A stretch of DNA of 64,000 bases, the filler included, from Streblomastix strix (taxonomy: Eukaryota): the NCBI GenBank assembly GCA_008636045.1. It is 4 parts of 4 records of this genome, joined end to end, with 100 filler letters (N's around TTAATTAATTAA, not from the genome) between each part and the next. Parts side by side here need not be neighbours in the genome. Positions count along the whole stretch, not along the records: positions 32,128 to 48,085 come from SNRW01000897.1; positions 48,186 to 64,000 come from SNRW01000931.1; 2 more parts are not named here. One strand, given 5' to 3'. The notes beneath the pieces were generated by a model. It was not told the origin of the DNA and searched no databases. It worked only from the letters and a program-made list of their open reading frames with translations. Both the position numbers and the translations under genes were made by a program. Of the stretch, positions 41,201-55,983 are shown piece by piece. Each line of letters begins with the position of its first letter. Positions within the stretch are counted from its first letter, which is position 1.

Positions 41201-43389
41201 ATAGGTACTATTTTCCGTAAGAAGAAAGGAAGGTTTTCGCGATAAATGCTATGAATATCCCGTGGAGAGGGGGAAGAACTTCTATTACACCCCCAATCGG
41301 ACTTATTCCCAAAAATAATATAGAAACTAATTACAGACAAAGCTGCTGCAGTGCTAATTCTCCCTAGGTTGTCCTTCTATAAGTATAGATCAATGCTACT
41401 TTAAATACTGAGTCAAGTAACTTTAGGCCTATTGGGATAAGTCTAGACTCGAGGTAAGTTCACGAAAGAAGAACAGAAACTCGAACCAGGAACCATAGAG
41501 TTAATAAGGATAAATAAAAGGATGGAGAATAACTATACAGATAATTAGCTGAATCAACAAATTTGAGCCAAATTGCTATTGACACATTGATCGCAAATCA
41601 GAACATAGAAACTTGGAGGAAAAGGAGAGCAGAACTTACGTCTCTTGCATAATATATCAAAGAGAAAGGCATTAGTGTAAAAGATCTATTAGATAGTAAA
41701 CCCGATATTGAATTGGTAAATGCACTGTTTTGGTATAAGTCTCGTAGTGAATCTAAACTATAAAAGCGAATAAAAAACATGTTGATGCACTGTGAAGTAG
41801 TTGTATCTCAATTCTCACAAATGAATGCAGTGAATGATTCCCATCTAATAAAGACATTTTCTAAAGGTGGGGAATTACAAATATATTCGAAACCAAGATA
41901 TCCTACAATCTGGAATTTACAAATCCTCTTCAATTTCATCAATACTCACCAACCATTAACCTCGGAAGAAATCTAACAAACAGCCATAGCGATGATAGTT
42001 GCCTTTTGTGCAGCCAAAATGACCGAACTTGTCTAAATAATAGTTTCTGAAATCGTATAGGAGTTACATTCTATAACACTTCAAATATAAAACTTCAAAG
42101 GGCAACTAAATAATTTAATACATAATTACTTTTAGGAAACGAATTAGCAGATGTTGTACAGTCAAAACATTATTGTCATGAACAGCTCAAAGAAAAAAAG
42201 ACTCACTAGTGCATGATCAAATTTGGTATAATTTATCCAAGAAGGCTCATGTAACACCACAGTACTATATCCACCAACTTATAAGCATCATTAGAAGAGC
42301 TGGCATCCAATCTCTGTACACAGGTCCAACCATCCGCCATGCTATGGTGACCCACCTAAAGGCTGCAGAAGCAACCTAATCAGAAGTAAATGCATTTACC
42401 AGATATGCAATCTCATCTAACATTGTGTACATTCATTATAATAAACCTATTGAAAGAGATCTATCTGCATTACTAATATTGAATGAAGAAAGGTTTATGA
42501 AACTTATATAAAAAATCGATATATATAATTATATAATTAGTATATATTCGTTTATACTTAAGAATTAAATAATATATATAAACATATCTATATATATACT
42601 AGCGTATTTGCTGTGATTGACTCGAAAACGTCCTGCAATATGCACATTCGTCCCCCTCAGTAAATACTTGTTAGTTATGCAAATGGGCCATTTCATTTAC
42701 AACTATTCATATGCCCAAATTATTAGCATTTCCAAACATATATGGGCCATTTCACACATCCATTTCACAAGCCCAATTTAGATTATTTAATTTATTTAAA
42801 GAGAGCAACTTTATATATACATATCACAAGCTCAAATATTAAAAAGCAGCTGAAGATATAATATATAGATATAAATATATAAATGGAAATGCTTAATTAT
42901 AATTATAATTATATGTTAAATATCTTCAAATTACTGTATTCCTATAAACAATGGAGATTTATATTGATATGATTGGATTATATTAAACCCAGAATGTAAT
43001 GATTGAGTTTTAAATATACCCAGAATAATAATAATAAATATCCGTTGAGTTTAAAATAATAATAATTTTATATTGCAATTACTTATATTTTAATGTTTAA
43101 TAAATCCCCAATAGCCTGGAGTCTCAGTTCCTTGTGCTGAAGGCGTAGCATAACTGGTGAATCTTGGAGAACTATCTTCAGACGAGGAAAAACTGGAGGA
43201 TGAACAATTACTATTGTTATCTTCGTACTGGGAAGTTTTCCATCATAATTGCATGAAATCAATTTTTGTTCACATCTGCAGTAATATTTTCAAACATCGT
43301 TATTCCTTTTTTATCGGATCCGACCTATTTCAAGGTCCTACTGTATTCCAATAAACATTGTAGATTTATTATTATTAATTTGGGTATAT
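38287..43389 (+). mobile_element. DIRS-type tyrosine-recombinase retrotransposon E1, full length but decayed
   Basis: Left ITR ~38287-38398, right ITR ~43307-43389, ICR ~42932-43052 complementary to both ends; gag-like ORF from ATG 38378; RT (ILDIKDAFHHV, GLPFG, YMDS), RNase H (LTTDAS, KTDN, HLPG.QN), methyltransferase-like (LDAFAH, HPP), YR (PTIRHAM); many frameshifts. Confidence 0.9.
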
Positions 43390-46300
43390 GTAATTGTTTA
43401 TAAACTTGAATTTAATGGCACATTAAGCGCATTTATTAAAAATAATATTTTCTTGTCATTCTTAATAAATATATTTTAAAAATTAAAGAAAAATAAACAA
43501 AGTTAATTAATTTATATTATTTTAAAGAATACTAAGTCTTTCATTCCCGAACTTGATGATGAGCTACGAAATACACGTCTATGAATCTCAAGTCCGTAAG
43601 ATGATATGAATTCCGTTACAACTATGATATTTTATTGAATTTTTTTGCAGCTAATATTTAAAATATTTAACAAATTATCTTAAAAATTTTTTAAAATATT
43701 AAAATAGAATCAAAAATTTTGCAAAAATCTTACATACCATAAAAATTACCTATAACAATTTCTTATATTTCATAAGATATTATTGGTTCACCAATGTTTA
43801 AGATAATAAATATTCATTTAAACCATCAATTCAATTTCCATCAATCATATAATCAAAGACAAAGTCAAAAGCTGAGGCTGTTCATACAGATGCTTTAATC
43901 GCTTAACCAAAGGCAAATTCAAAAATAGAAGTTGTTCCAAGGACTCGAAAAGCAAAATAGATGATAATAGGTTATTTAATCTTCTTAACCAGTTCAAACA
44001 ATTACTTATTCATGAGCGGAAAATGAATTTAATGAATTAGAATCTAATTTGTTTAATCAATTTAATGAGAATAATTAATTTTTAATATTGAAACGCTTTT
44101 ATTTAAACCAAATATGAAAAATATCAATAAAAGAAATAAGTTTCATGGAAGAAACCATAGTCCGATAAAACAAAACAATGATGAATCAAACAAATTTAAA
44201 TGAGAAGACCATTACTTTCATAACGTTTGTGTATAATAGAAAGTTAATCGTTTCTGCAAAAAATATAGAAGATATAAAAAATAATAAAACAAAAATGAAT
44301 ATTCTTTATATTATTTGATTTTTGAATTAATTGAAATAAAAATTAAGCAGAAATATTAAAAAAATCATTAAAATTCTTTATTGGTTAAATATGTAGATAT
44401 ATTGTCTAATATTTACAAAATCAAATGTTTTACAAAATGGTTGCATAATAAGATTTGGAAAATATTTAAAATTTTAGAGATAGAATTCTTCTCAAAAAAA
44501 GATTTAAATTTTGTAAATAATATTCAAAATTACAAATAGAAAGTGAACATCTACTTGGCGAATTTTGTATGAGGCTATATTCTATTCAAACTTAGGAAAC
44601 AAGTTGCGAAAGAGTCTTAAATCACAACGCAAACATGGACGGGAAACTTTGCTAATCTCTAATCTCTTACATATAAAATGATGTATTCTTTTTTCATTTT
44701 CATCATTTACTAACAGATTATAAACTTAAAATTATGATATAAAATTAAGTGCCAGTTATTTTTATTTGTTTTTACTAACTTTTGATGTGAATTTTTTAAA
44801 TATATAAAAATTTTAAATATTAAATATGAAAATTTTCTATATAGTTATTTTATCTTGTCTTTTTAAACAAACGACAATAAAGAGTTAAGAATGTTATGCT
44901 GTGCAATATCAGTATCATATTTTAAAATTTATAATTTCAATTATTCTTATAATTACTGCATTTGAGTGTAAATTTAATACCAAAGTTACTCAACTATGAT
45001 GATCAAAGCTCAGATAGATAAATATATGCTTGTTATTATAATCAAATCAGTATATAAATTCTCGAAATTTATTTCTATTTTGGCGATCAATTTTTTGAGT
45101 AACATTAACAATTGAACGACCTAAGCACTACAAATTACTGGTTTAAATACAGCGTTAATAAAAGATATGGAAAAACAATTGAAACATTTGTATTAATTTT
45201 GTTTAGATATTAAATAATGAACGTTTTCACAGAAAGTTACGTATAAGCAGAAAAATGTAGATTTATTCATATAAGATAAGTATCTGTTAGTATTATAAAT
45301 ATAATTGTAAAGAATGCTAAGATAAATTTTTTTTCATAAATCTGAACTACTCGAACTATAATAGTGAGTATATTCAAAATTTTCTGTAAAGATATAAAAC
45401 GAATAGATACAAATGATGAATATATGATTCTTGGAGAACTAAATGATTTGTCTAGAATAAAATTATTAGAATTGATTTTATTACGATGAATAAGATAATA
45501 TGTCATTTTTTAGGCATATTAAAGAGATGTTCAGCTCTAATTTCATGGATCGTTAATAAACATGAATATAGTATATTTCATATCATTCTATGAATTGAAA
45601 TGAAGAATAATGTTTAATAATAATGATGACTAGTCAAGTTTAAGAAAAAATGACATACTTGTCCAATTTCTTAGGATGTAACGATAAAAACAAATTTGAA
45701 GAAAGAACTTATTTTTAATGTTCATGATTGTTCTTAAGAGAAATTAGATTACTTGATTTTCAACTCCTGAAAAGCATTAGAATTAGGAGGAGAGAGATAT
45801 ATTACTCAATTTCAGGTAAATATATATATTAAATTGTATATACAGCAAAATTTACTATAATAACATGTATATAGATTGGAGATTATCAAAAATTAGAGTT
45901 ATTGATATTGTAATTTATGATGGTAATAGCAAACTCTTTGTTATAAACTCAACTATCTACATATCCTATATAACCATAGATCTTCGTAGTGCATTTTGTA
46001 TTAATGGTAGTCAAGATACATTAAATGACATCAGAGAAGTTGTATCAACTTCAAAAATAAATCATGGAAGTGGAGGATGGTTCACTTAATTGAAATTATG
46101 CATAATTACTAACATAATTAATTTTCGTTTCTCCTCCATGAATGGCTTTTTTTATCAAAAATAACTTCGTATGTAACAATTATTTCAGAATATATCATTT
46201 ATATTTGTCACCTGCCAATACAGCCGTTTTTCATTGATCAAACCTCAATTTTGTTGCAATAAGCTTATAATCTTCATGGTTTTGTAATTTTAGCTCTGAT

Positions 46301-48085
46301 TCTTCCTCCATTTGACAAAGATATTTTCTGATATTACGAGAGTGAAACAACAGGCAAATCAAATAGTGCTACGTTTGATGATGTAGATCTTGTAAGTTGA
46401 TTATTATATTTATTCATAAATTTCTAAAACAAAATGAAAATTATTGGATAAAATATCAATAAATAATAAGCAATAAACTTAATTTATTGAAAATAATTTA
46501 TTAATACGCAATTTAATTCAAACGAAGAAGTAAAATGAAATACTGATCTACCGATGAATATGCAAGGTGGAAAAAATTGAATGGATCAGTTTGAATATTA
46601 ATTAAATTTTAAATCAATTTAATTTATATTAATTGATAAAACTTTAATTATTACTTAAACATTCCGTAAAAACCGTTCAATAAATAAATAAACCAACTAT
46701 ATTTCTTTTCTTCAAATTTGTTAAATTTCTTAACAATTTTATTTACAATCAACTAATAAATACGCTAAGTATTAAAATAAGTCGAATCAGGCAATAATTA
46801 AGTTAATATTTTGTAGCTCTAATATCCTAAAACAAAATGATTGACAAGATCAAAAAGGCCTTGTCAATTTGTTGCAGACGCCAAGGCTTAGAATAAATAT
46901 TTATTTTTTAGAAATCACAGTTTATGAAATAAAAATGCCTTTAAAAAAATCGACAAAAAATCAAAGATTTCAGGACGGATTTAAATTTGAAGTGCAGATT
47001 TGTTTTGAGCTTAAAATTTAATGTAATAATTTGTTTAAATTTCATTTTTGAAGCTTTGAAGAGTCCACACACTTGGAGATAGTATATTTCTGATTTTTTC
47101 TTTTTTTTCAGTTCTACTGATTTTATAGTTTCAAAATTCATTACTTTAATTAGAATCATTCTAATTTATTAATATAGAGCTTCTACACATGAATATTTTA
47201 TATTTGCAAGTTCACGGAAAAAGCAATTTAAATTTATTTATTTAGAAATTTCAACCATTGATTTCATTCATAATTCTATTAAATTAAATTTAATTAAGAA
47301 TAATAAATATTTAATTTAATTTTTGAAATTTTGACTAAACTGATTATTATATATTTTATTTTATTATTATGAGTAGTATTTACTTAGAATAAATTTAAAA
47401 TTTTAAAAATGTTCATTAATTGCAAATAATTTCTTAATTCTTTTAATATGTTAAATAAATCAATATTTTATATTTTTTTCGTCAAATTTTTACTTTAAGA
47501 CATATTTTTAAAACAATTGTATTATTAATTGTATAAATTAAATATCTATTTGCCATTTATTATAAATATGCAACATAATTATTAGCACTTAATTTAGAAT
47601 TTTTATTAATAAAAATTTTATTAACTTTATATCTATTTGCATGAAAAAAAATCCGTCATTGGACGAACTTTCTGTGGACGGATCCATCAAATCCATCAGT
47701 TAGTTTGAAACTCCTAGTATTATTATAGTGAAACAGTCCATTAATGATAAAAAATTCATTTATGTAAATTTTAAAATTTCTCACACAAAATAATATTAAT
47801 CAAAAACATAAATAATAAAAAGTAAAAATTGAAAGAAAATAATTATTTATTATTCTTCATAGCTTAATTATAGTAAAAAAGACGTTTATAAAGATTTAAA
47901 ATTAAATCTTTTAATGAAGTACAAAGAAATAAATTATAAAAACAAAATAATTAATACTCATATTACTCCGGGTTATAAACTACTTCCTGCAGAGATAGTG
48001 AGCTCTTCGATTGTTTATTAACTCTATGGATGCCCGCCAATGGGTCCAGCCCGAAAAAGTCATTGTATGCTAGATAAGGAATAAC

Positions 48086-48185
48086 NNNNNNNNNNNNNNN
48101 NNNNNNNNNNNNNNNNNNNNNNNNNNNNNTTAATTAATTAANNNNNNNNNNNNNNNNNNNNNNNNNNNNNNNNNNNNNNNNNNNN
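48086..48185. other. Artificial 100-nt linker
   Basis: N44-TTAATTAATTAA-N44. Confidence 0.95.
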
Positions 48186-48980
48186 GACAAAGTTCTTTGC
48201 TTCAACCCTGGAAACATGACTGACAATAGAGAATTAATCATTGATTATTAATATACGAACCCAGATACAGCTTATATTGAAGTTCCTTTCTCAGACCGCA
48301 ATCCATACAGGCCTGGAACTACAATTACAGATGCATCATTCTTAACCATTCCAACTGAAGGATTTGAAAACTTGAAGACCAATTTGCTCCTGAACGGGTC
48401 AGAAATAAGTTGTAAACCTATTGGTTATCATCATACGTACTATTAATATGCACCGTTTGGTTACACAATAAAAGCTTAATACGATGTTGATGTTGCACCA
48501 AATATCACTTATATTCTGAAGAACCACCCCATAAAACAGATTTTCACATATCCGCCATCATATGGAAGACCAGATTCATAGAATGATATTTAAGCAATGA
48601 CATGTTCTAATATTGAAGATAAGTATATTTTCTATGTTCTACACAAGTTTGGTGTTGTTGGTACTGATTGCATCCCTAATACAGGAATCCCAGTAAGTGC
48701 AACTGAATGTTCTGAACCTGAAGGCAAATATGAAAAATATCTTGAAGGGTTCTCGTAAGCTTGGTTCTTTGGTGGAAATGATGCAGCAAAAGAAGCACTG
48801 ATCAAGTTTGGACCAATTTAGTTTATGCCTTATAGTGGAGTGATAATCGGATGGGAAGGTGATAATTGGGTAATTGCTTCAGAGTCAACTTATGATTTTA
48901 GATACGTGTTAGATACTATACCGATAGATCCAAAAATGACTGATGAAGTTGGACTTGTATATGCGAGTGTTAGTGGTGAT
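48186..48980 (+). CDS. 5'-truncated protein with divergent papain/cathepsin B-like pattern
   Basis: One open frame (TAR=Gln): FYVLHKFGVVGTDCIP, KEALIKFGPI, GVIIGW, NWVIA; 3' end uncertain (probable intron). Confidence 0.45.
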
Positions 48981-49289
48981 GACTTATTAATTGTTTTTAT
49001 TAATATTTGTCATCGACTTTACCATATATTAACTATTAGTAAATCAATTCATTCGCAATAAAGCCTGATATATTTAAATAATATGATCTGGATTGATTTC
49101 TCCTTTGTTATAATATTGATAAAAAAGATGAGAAATTATTAGTAGCTCTCAATGAGTTTTTCAAATACAGTTGCATCTTAGCAATACTTGGCTGGATATG
49201 AAAGATCAATATTCACGTATTTTAATAGTCTATAACAATCTACATTCAGTTGTTAGATATCGAATCCAGTTTGTTTATCAATGCCAGAA

Positions 49290-52200
49290 ATGATATTGAG
49301 ATAACCACGTCGTACCTCATGATTATCTTAGCATCCACATACTTAGAGTTCACCTTTTATTGAGACTGTCTACCTTGTACTAATGGGCTCAGTCAACTAG
49401 ATAATCCGTTTATGGAAAGATCAATCAAACAACATTGTAAACTCAATACTATACAAATAACATGTCATCTATAGATCCAATCAGCGTATGCTCATTGAAT
49501 CATTTGGATACTTAGCGAAAGATTGGAGCAGAAGATTTGATAAAACAAGGCATTTGGGTCGAATGAGCAACCGTACAATCTGTCAAATAACTTCATAATA
49601 ACATATAGTTACCTGGTTAAACTGTGAATTACTCAGAAATGAAAGTATTTGAGTCCTTAATTTACAGCGAACAACAATAGAAAGTGATTAAAGAAGTAAA
49701 AACGGAATAATTATAGTGGATAAATCCAATACCTGCAAGATCAAAGAGAGGGAAATGGCGCTAGAAGAAAATAATGGATTGCTCAGAGCGAAACAAACAT
49801 CGCAACTCTTACGATTTCAAGATGAACGATATCTAAACTCAGAGATAACTAGCTAGACATTAAGATTGGGCCATCAAAATAGACCTAGAATCAGCATATA
49901 ACCATGTACTAGTAAGTAGTAACTTGTTCAAATACCTTGGATTCCAGTTCAAAGATAAGTTTTATATATACCGCGTCATGTGCTTTGGAATTAAGAACGC
50001 ATCTCTTGTCTTTCACAAACGCTTGAAACCATTAATGCAACACATACGAACATCTCATCAGATCCGATGCCTCTCATATTCAGACGACTTAGTCTTCCTA
50101 AATAATTCTAAAGAAAATTTTTAATAATAAATCCCAAGATTTTAGAGATCTAAGAGGACTTTAGCTGGAAGATCTCAAAAGAAAAATCATTTCTAGCACC
50201 ATAACAACAGATAGAATTTCTTGATTGGAAAAAGGACCTAAGCAACGATCAATTAACAATGACAAAAGCAAGAAGAGTGGAAACATTGAGTTTGTTTGGT
50301 AAAAGGAGAAGGACGATCAAAAAGAATCAGATAATCAAAAATAAATTGTTGGAAGGATTGAATAATTAGTTGAATTTCTTAAGAATTCATTTTAAGATTA
50401 GGAGGCATTTATCTTAGGAAGTTGAGTAAGTAGAAGGAACTTGTATCAATGACTCGAGGCTGGAATAGCATGATGAGTGTTAGCAAGCAAACACTGGGAG
50501 AGACCCATTGGCGGAGAAAAATATTTCTAAATAATTACCCAACTCATCAAAAATTAATTGAATTAGAAGCGATAATGACTACAGACGCATCAGAAACACA
50601 TTAAGTAGCAACTTTACAACTAATTAAATCAGGACAACGATAAAGTTTGCGGGAATTTGGCTAATTAATCAAAAATGGAAGTTAATATCCTCGAATCAAC
50701 GAAAATTTACAGTTTTTCTCTTATGAATACAAAATATCGAAAAGAGCTTAGATGTTTGAATAATCAAAAGCCTAAGAATATAATCAGATAACTCAACAGC
50801 GACATTTGACTTGAGTAGATGAGCTGCAGCCCAGCACTTTGCAAATTAGTCTATCAAATACTTGAATTTCTAGAAAACTTAAAGATCCAGTTCTCAACAT
50901 TCACCATTCCAGGTAAAAATAACAGAGAAGCAGAATCACTTTCGAGACTTTCCACAAGTGGTGATTATGATATTCTCAAGGAAATATTGAGCGAAGCACT
51001 ACAGGAACTATCAATCTCACCAACAATAGATTTCTCCCCCAACGGAATGAATTGCAAATGCAGAAGATTTTATAGTCTAATATGGGACCAATGGGTTCAA
51101 GGACAAGATGAAATGAAAGCAAATTGGAAGAATGAGACTCCACTTTTATATCCACCAATGCTGTTAATACAACGAGTTCTAAACAAAGTTATGAAAGATC
51201 AAAATAAAGCCGTAATGATCGTAACGCATTGACAAACTCAGAATTGGTTGTCAGATCATTAAGAATTAATGATCAAGTTAATCTATCTAAGTAAATCATC
51301 AGATATCCTAGAAATCGTAGGGAGAATGCGAAAATAAAAACGGCACCTCACTCCAGGAGACGTGCAGAAAGCTCATATTAAAAGTAAAGAAGTGAAAAGT
51401 TCTTAAATCAAATCGCAACATAAAGTGGTTTAACTGAAGAAATAACCAATGATTCAATTGCGATATGGCGCGGAGCATGGTGAAGACATTGATTAATGTT
51501 AGGATAATTCCTCAATTACTGGGAACATATGAACCGGAAAAGGGAAGATTTGAAAGACAATCAAGATCTCGAAGCAAAATTTCTGAAATAAGTCAACCAT
51601 TTATAGATTAATCAATCCGCTCACTCCAATATTGTTGAAAGTGCATGCGCTGTAATACTTCTATTCAGAGTTGCTGGTCATAATGAACATAAGATCATTG
51701 GTAATTTGATTGATAACTCATGGAAAAACACAGATCAGCAATTAGGAAAACACATAAAAAAGAATCAATATACCATCTATATATCTTACTCAAAATTTTG
51801 GATTTGAAAGCACAAATTATAGAATAACTCACTGAAGACACTCTCCTTGTATGCACTATAGTATCAATAATAGCATTTTCAGAACTGAGATTTTAGAGGA
51901 AGTAATGAGAACAACTGCTAAAAAAAGATATTAACAATTCCTAGTCAATGAGCATTTCCATTTTCAAGAAAACAATCTCAAATATCATTAATACATTCAG
52001 ATAAACATCAACACCTTCCACTTCTCTAGTTTTATGGCTTGACAATTGGACAAAAAAAACAAAAGACTAAGACCAGCAATGTTTTGGAATCTGGCAAAAA
52101 CGAATCGAGTAGCATCTACTCAATAAGCATCAAAAGCTGCACATACAATAATGAACTTTGCGGGTATTAATAAATCTAATACAATCACCTCAATTCGATC

Positions 52201-52420
52201 ATAATTAATTACTAAGGCTTTTGACCTTGGAACAACATCGTATCAAATCAACAAGTTCTCTAGATATAAGGATGGCCTTAATACTGTCTAATGGTTTATG
52301 ATAAGAATCTCAATAATGATTTAAGAGAGAGATTTGAGAAACTTTGAAAGACAATATCAATAAAAGGTGAGCTCTAGGTATGTGGATGCTAAGATAATCA
52401 CGAGGTACGAAGTGGTTTTC
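49290..52420 (+). mobile_element. DIRS-type retrotransposon E2, decayed, gag largely missing
   Basis: 49302-49371 is the reverse complement of 52349-52418; RT (KIDLESAYNHV, MCFG, YSDD), RNase H (MTTDAS, SDNSTA, IPGKNN..ESLSRL), methyltransferase-like (LYPP), YR (TSIRS); frameshifted. Confidence 0.88.
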
Positions 52421-52691
52421 TATGCATTTCACTAATCTAGGACGAACTTTTGATTCCCACCCAATCGCTATGAAAACTAGTCAAAACTACATTTACTTCA
52501 AATATGCAAGATGATCTTGCTCCTGCATCTTAATTTCACATCAACTAGCAGCAAATGCAGTGGCAAAGATATATCACTTTATTTTTTAATTTACTGTTTT
52601 TTTACTAATTTACATCATACCATTACTTCAGTTAACTTTAATTATAGTAAAATTGAATTGAATTAATAATGAAAGCAAAATTTATATTTGA

Positions 52692-55330
52692 ATAATTATT
52701 TGTTATCCCTGAATCTCCTTACCTCACCTCTTTATTGAGATACCATCGCGGCTGCAATATCGTCGGTTCAAGTACTGGAATCCAACCTATGAGGTGGCCA
52801 ATTTGAAATGTTAAGAATCAAGTTAAAGAAACAACAACTTATAAAAGAGTAAATAAATTTTCATCCGAGTCTTAGTAAAGAGAGTTCGGCAAAGCGAGGC
52901 AAGTCAAGAAAAAATAAAATTTTATAGTCAGATTGAGATAAAAATTATATAACAAAAAACAATATGAGAAAAAAATTAGTTAAAATTAACGATTATAGAA
53001 AAAACCCAGTTATATATATAAAAAACTAGTAAATTTTTTAAAAAATAACTAATAAAAATTTTAGTAATAATTAAAATTGAGAGTAAAAGAATTAGTTCAA
53101 AAAACTTTTCTCATGGAGTAAATTGCAAATTAGGAGTAAAAACTTCCAAAATGTAATGAATAAATGGATGAAACTGTTCTCATGGGGAAAAATAAACAAA
53201 AAATCCCATAGAAAACCCTCACAGTATAATGATATAAGTATAAAAATATAATTGTTAAATGTTAAAAAGTAAATTAAATGAGTTGATCTTCTGATAATCT
53301 TAAATCATTCTTGTAGGATTGATTTAGTTTCATTCTTTCTTATATTTCTTCAATATTTTAGTCGATGCAACTTGATGCTAAATTCTCATTATCTATATTC
53401 TGTTATTCTGTTCATGTTAGACTTATCAAACTTATGTAACGTATTATCCCAATATCTCAATTTCATTGTCATATTATAAGTTTGAGCCTCCCTTTCTGCA
53501 GCGTTCCGCAAATTCGGTCCATCAGAACTCATTATTGTTTCACGTCGGGTAGAGATACAAATTTTGGTTGGGCCTGAGGTGAGATAAGGAGATTCGTGTC
53601 TAAAAAATCACAACTCTGTCTCTCTAGGAGACGAGGATAATTATTGGTTACCCCCTTCTCTCCTTATCTCACCTCTTTATTGAGATACGTAACTTAACCT
53701 TTCATTATTATTCTGGCCTTGAATATTCGTTAATTGTTTTGCTATGTCATTAGCTCTGGTTGAAGAAGCGAAGATAAAGTATTGTTGAACAGTACGTGAG
53801 GTTTAGGAGTGATGTGTAAAGGTAGCGAGATCTCTTTCAGGGATACCTAGCTTTGCCAGTTCCGTTAATTCTGAGTGCCGTATTGAATATGATGATGCTC
53901 CTATTATCTTCAGTTCTCTTAATAGTTTTATAAGTTGTAGACTAATGTCTTTTGTAGTTGTTGGTTTATTAAAACCTTTATGCTTCAATAAAAAAGTCTG
54001 TATCTTTTGGAAATTGTTTCTTTAGTCTGTCAATCCATTCATATATTGCTAGCTTCGGGCATAACTTTTCATTATCAGTTTCATATACTTCATATGTTTC
54101 AATTGCATTTGCTTGTTTTGGTGCTAACCTTAATGATGCTTGATTCTCTGTTTTGCTAACATTTGAGAATTTTAGTCTTATTTCGGCTATTTCATTTGGT
54201 TTGAAGAAGCATACTGACATCAGTAAGGAAGCTATTTTGACCTGCAAGTCATAGTTGTATAAGTACTTGTTTTGTTTTAATTGTCTCCAATGGTTAAATA
54301 GTATTTGGATGTTCCAAATGTTTTAATATCTTCTATGTGGTATTGTTGCATTTGCAAATGCTTTGTTAATTAGTTTTGAGGTTGTTGAGGTTGTTAAATT
54401 CTCTTTTTATATGAGAGATAACATTGCTATTAGATAATCTTTGTATGATTCAGCTGATGCGACTGAATTATTTTATCTTGTAAGGAAAGCAATCACTTCT
54501 GTTAATATTACTTTTGCATCTTTCTTCATCATTTCTTCTATTGTTATTCGTTATCTATTTAACCAGTCTTATAATTGTGCTGTGGAGTAAAAGTTTCTCT
54601 TGATTGTGTTAAATCTTTAATCTTTGAATAATAAACTCACTCCATCTTCGGAGAATCCTCTCATCTTCATAAATCTCATTAGTAAGTCTCTTCCGACGTC
54701 TGCAACAGGTCCAGAAGGAAGGCACCCACATTGTCTGGTGGAAGTTTTTGATCCTTGTCTTTCATTCTCTGTCCCATCTCCAGAACTCTATCTGACTATC
54801 CAAGGAATAGGAATTTAATGGATAAATTCTTTAGTTTGGTGTACCACGATTGTCCCAGCCAAATCGGTGCTATAAATATCTCCTGTGCTTTATCGTATTT
54901 CATTTTTACTGAAACACTGTCTAAGATTAATATTGGTGGATGAAGGTAAAGTTTTATGTTACTCCACTTGTAATTAATTGTATAATGAAACATAGTTTGT
55001 AGATCGTTTAAATTAAGTCACATTCCACTTATGAGAGAGCTTTTGTGACTTTTTGATAAACTTTGGATCTTAATTTTTGTGTTTCCTTGAGTGCGTTCTT
55101 CTGTGTTAGTCACTTCAGGAAGACGAGCTCGAGCTTGGCTCAGAGTCTTCATGTCCATGCTTTCTATATTCATGGAGCTTCCTCCGACTATGTTTCTTAT
55201 GATAGGACCTACTCGATGATGAACTAGATCTGGAGATTTTATATTTTGTGAACGATTGCGTCTTTTTGAGTGAAGCTCGGGCTATAGCATTTATTGTGAC
55301 ACTAGATTCATTCAAATTCTGAAAGTCTCA
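52692..55330 (-). mobile_element. DIRS-type element E3, internally deleted (gag-like fragment, partial methyltransferase, YR; no RT/RNase H)
   Basis: LYLHPPI..FIAPIWLGQSWY; YR LCPKLAIYEWI, SSYSIRHS, FTHHS..TVQQY; ICR-like inverted pair 53571-53689 and terminal repeat 52692-52742 sharing TCTCCTTAYCTCACCTC. Confidence 0.82.
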
Positions 55331-55983
55331 GCAAAAAATTATCATTTAAATTATTATCATTTTATTTACTATTTTTTCAATTTAAAATCAGAATTTTTCT
55401 AATTTTAACTTTAATACTTTTTATCTTTTTTTATTTAAATAACGTTTAGTAATTTAACTTTAATTCTTTTGTTCAATATGAGATCTTCTATGCTTAAATA
55501 AATAGCTATTTATTTTGTTTATTATCTTTCGCACACAATTTGTTTACAGGGAGTTTTACTTGCAGGCTCTCTTCTGATAAATTTTTAATTTATATCAGCT
55601 CTTAGATTGTGATGAAAATAGCAAAATATTTAAATAATTAGATTGATTTTAAGATAATTACATCATTAATTTAAATTAAAATATAGTTTTCTTACAAATA
55701 ATTGAAATATACAGATTTTAGTGAAATTTATAATTAGCATCAAAAATTTAGAGATTTATCATGTTTAAAAATATTTGTAATTAATTTAAAAAATAAGATA
55801 AACTAGGTTGATAAAAAAATAAAGTTTTAAAATTTACATGGAGAAGGAATATAACCAATAAATTGATTAAGTAGCAGACCAAACGGATCAATATGCAAAC
55901 GAAATTGTTTATTAGAGTACGAGCGCATAAATATATATGGGTCAGCCTATTTTTCCGTGGCGTTTTTACAAATCATACAAGGC

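Noticed and set aside
43100..43389. Separate inverted element next to E1
   Set aside because: Better explained as E1's right ITR, because 43012-43052 complements its outer end.
45760..46400. Coding-like remnant (ORF 45865-46089)
   Set aside because: No recognisable motif or consistent frame.
47651..47720. ATCCGTC..GACGGAT hairpin upstream of CTAG as a Helitron end
   Set aside because: Short stem, long spacing and no Helitron coding sequence nearby.
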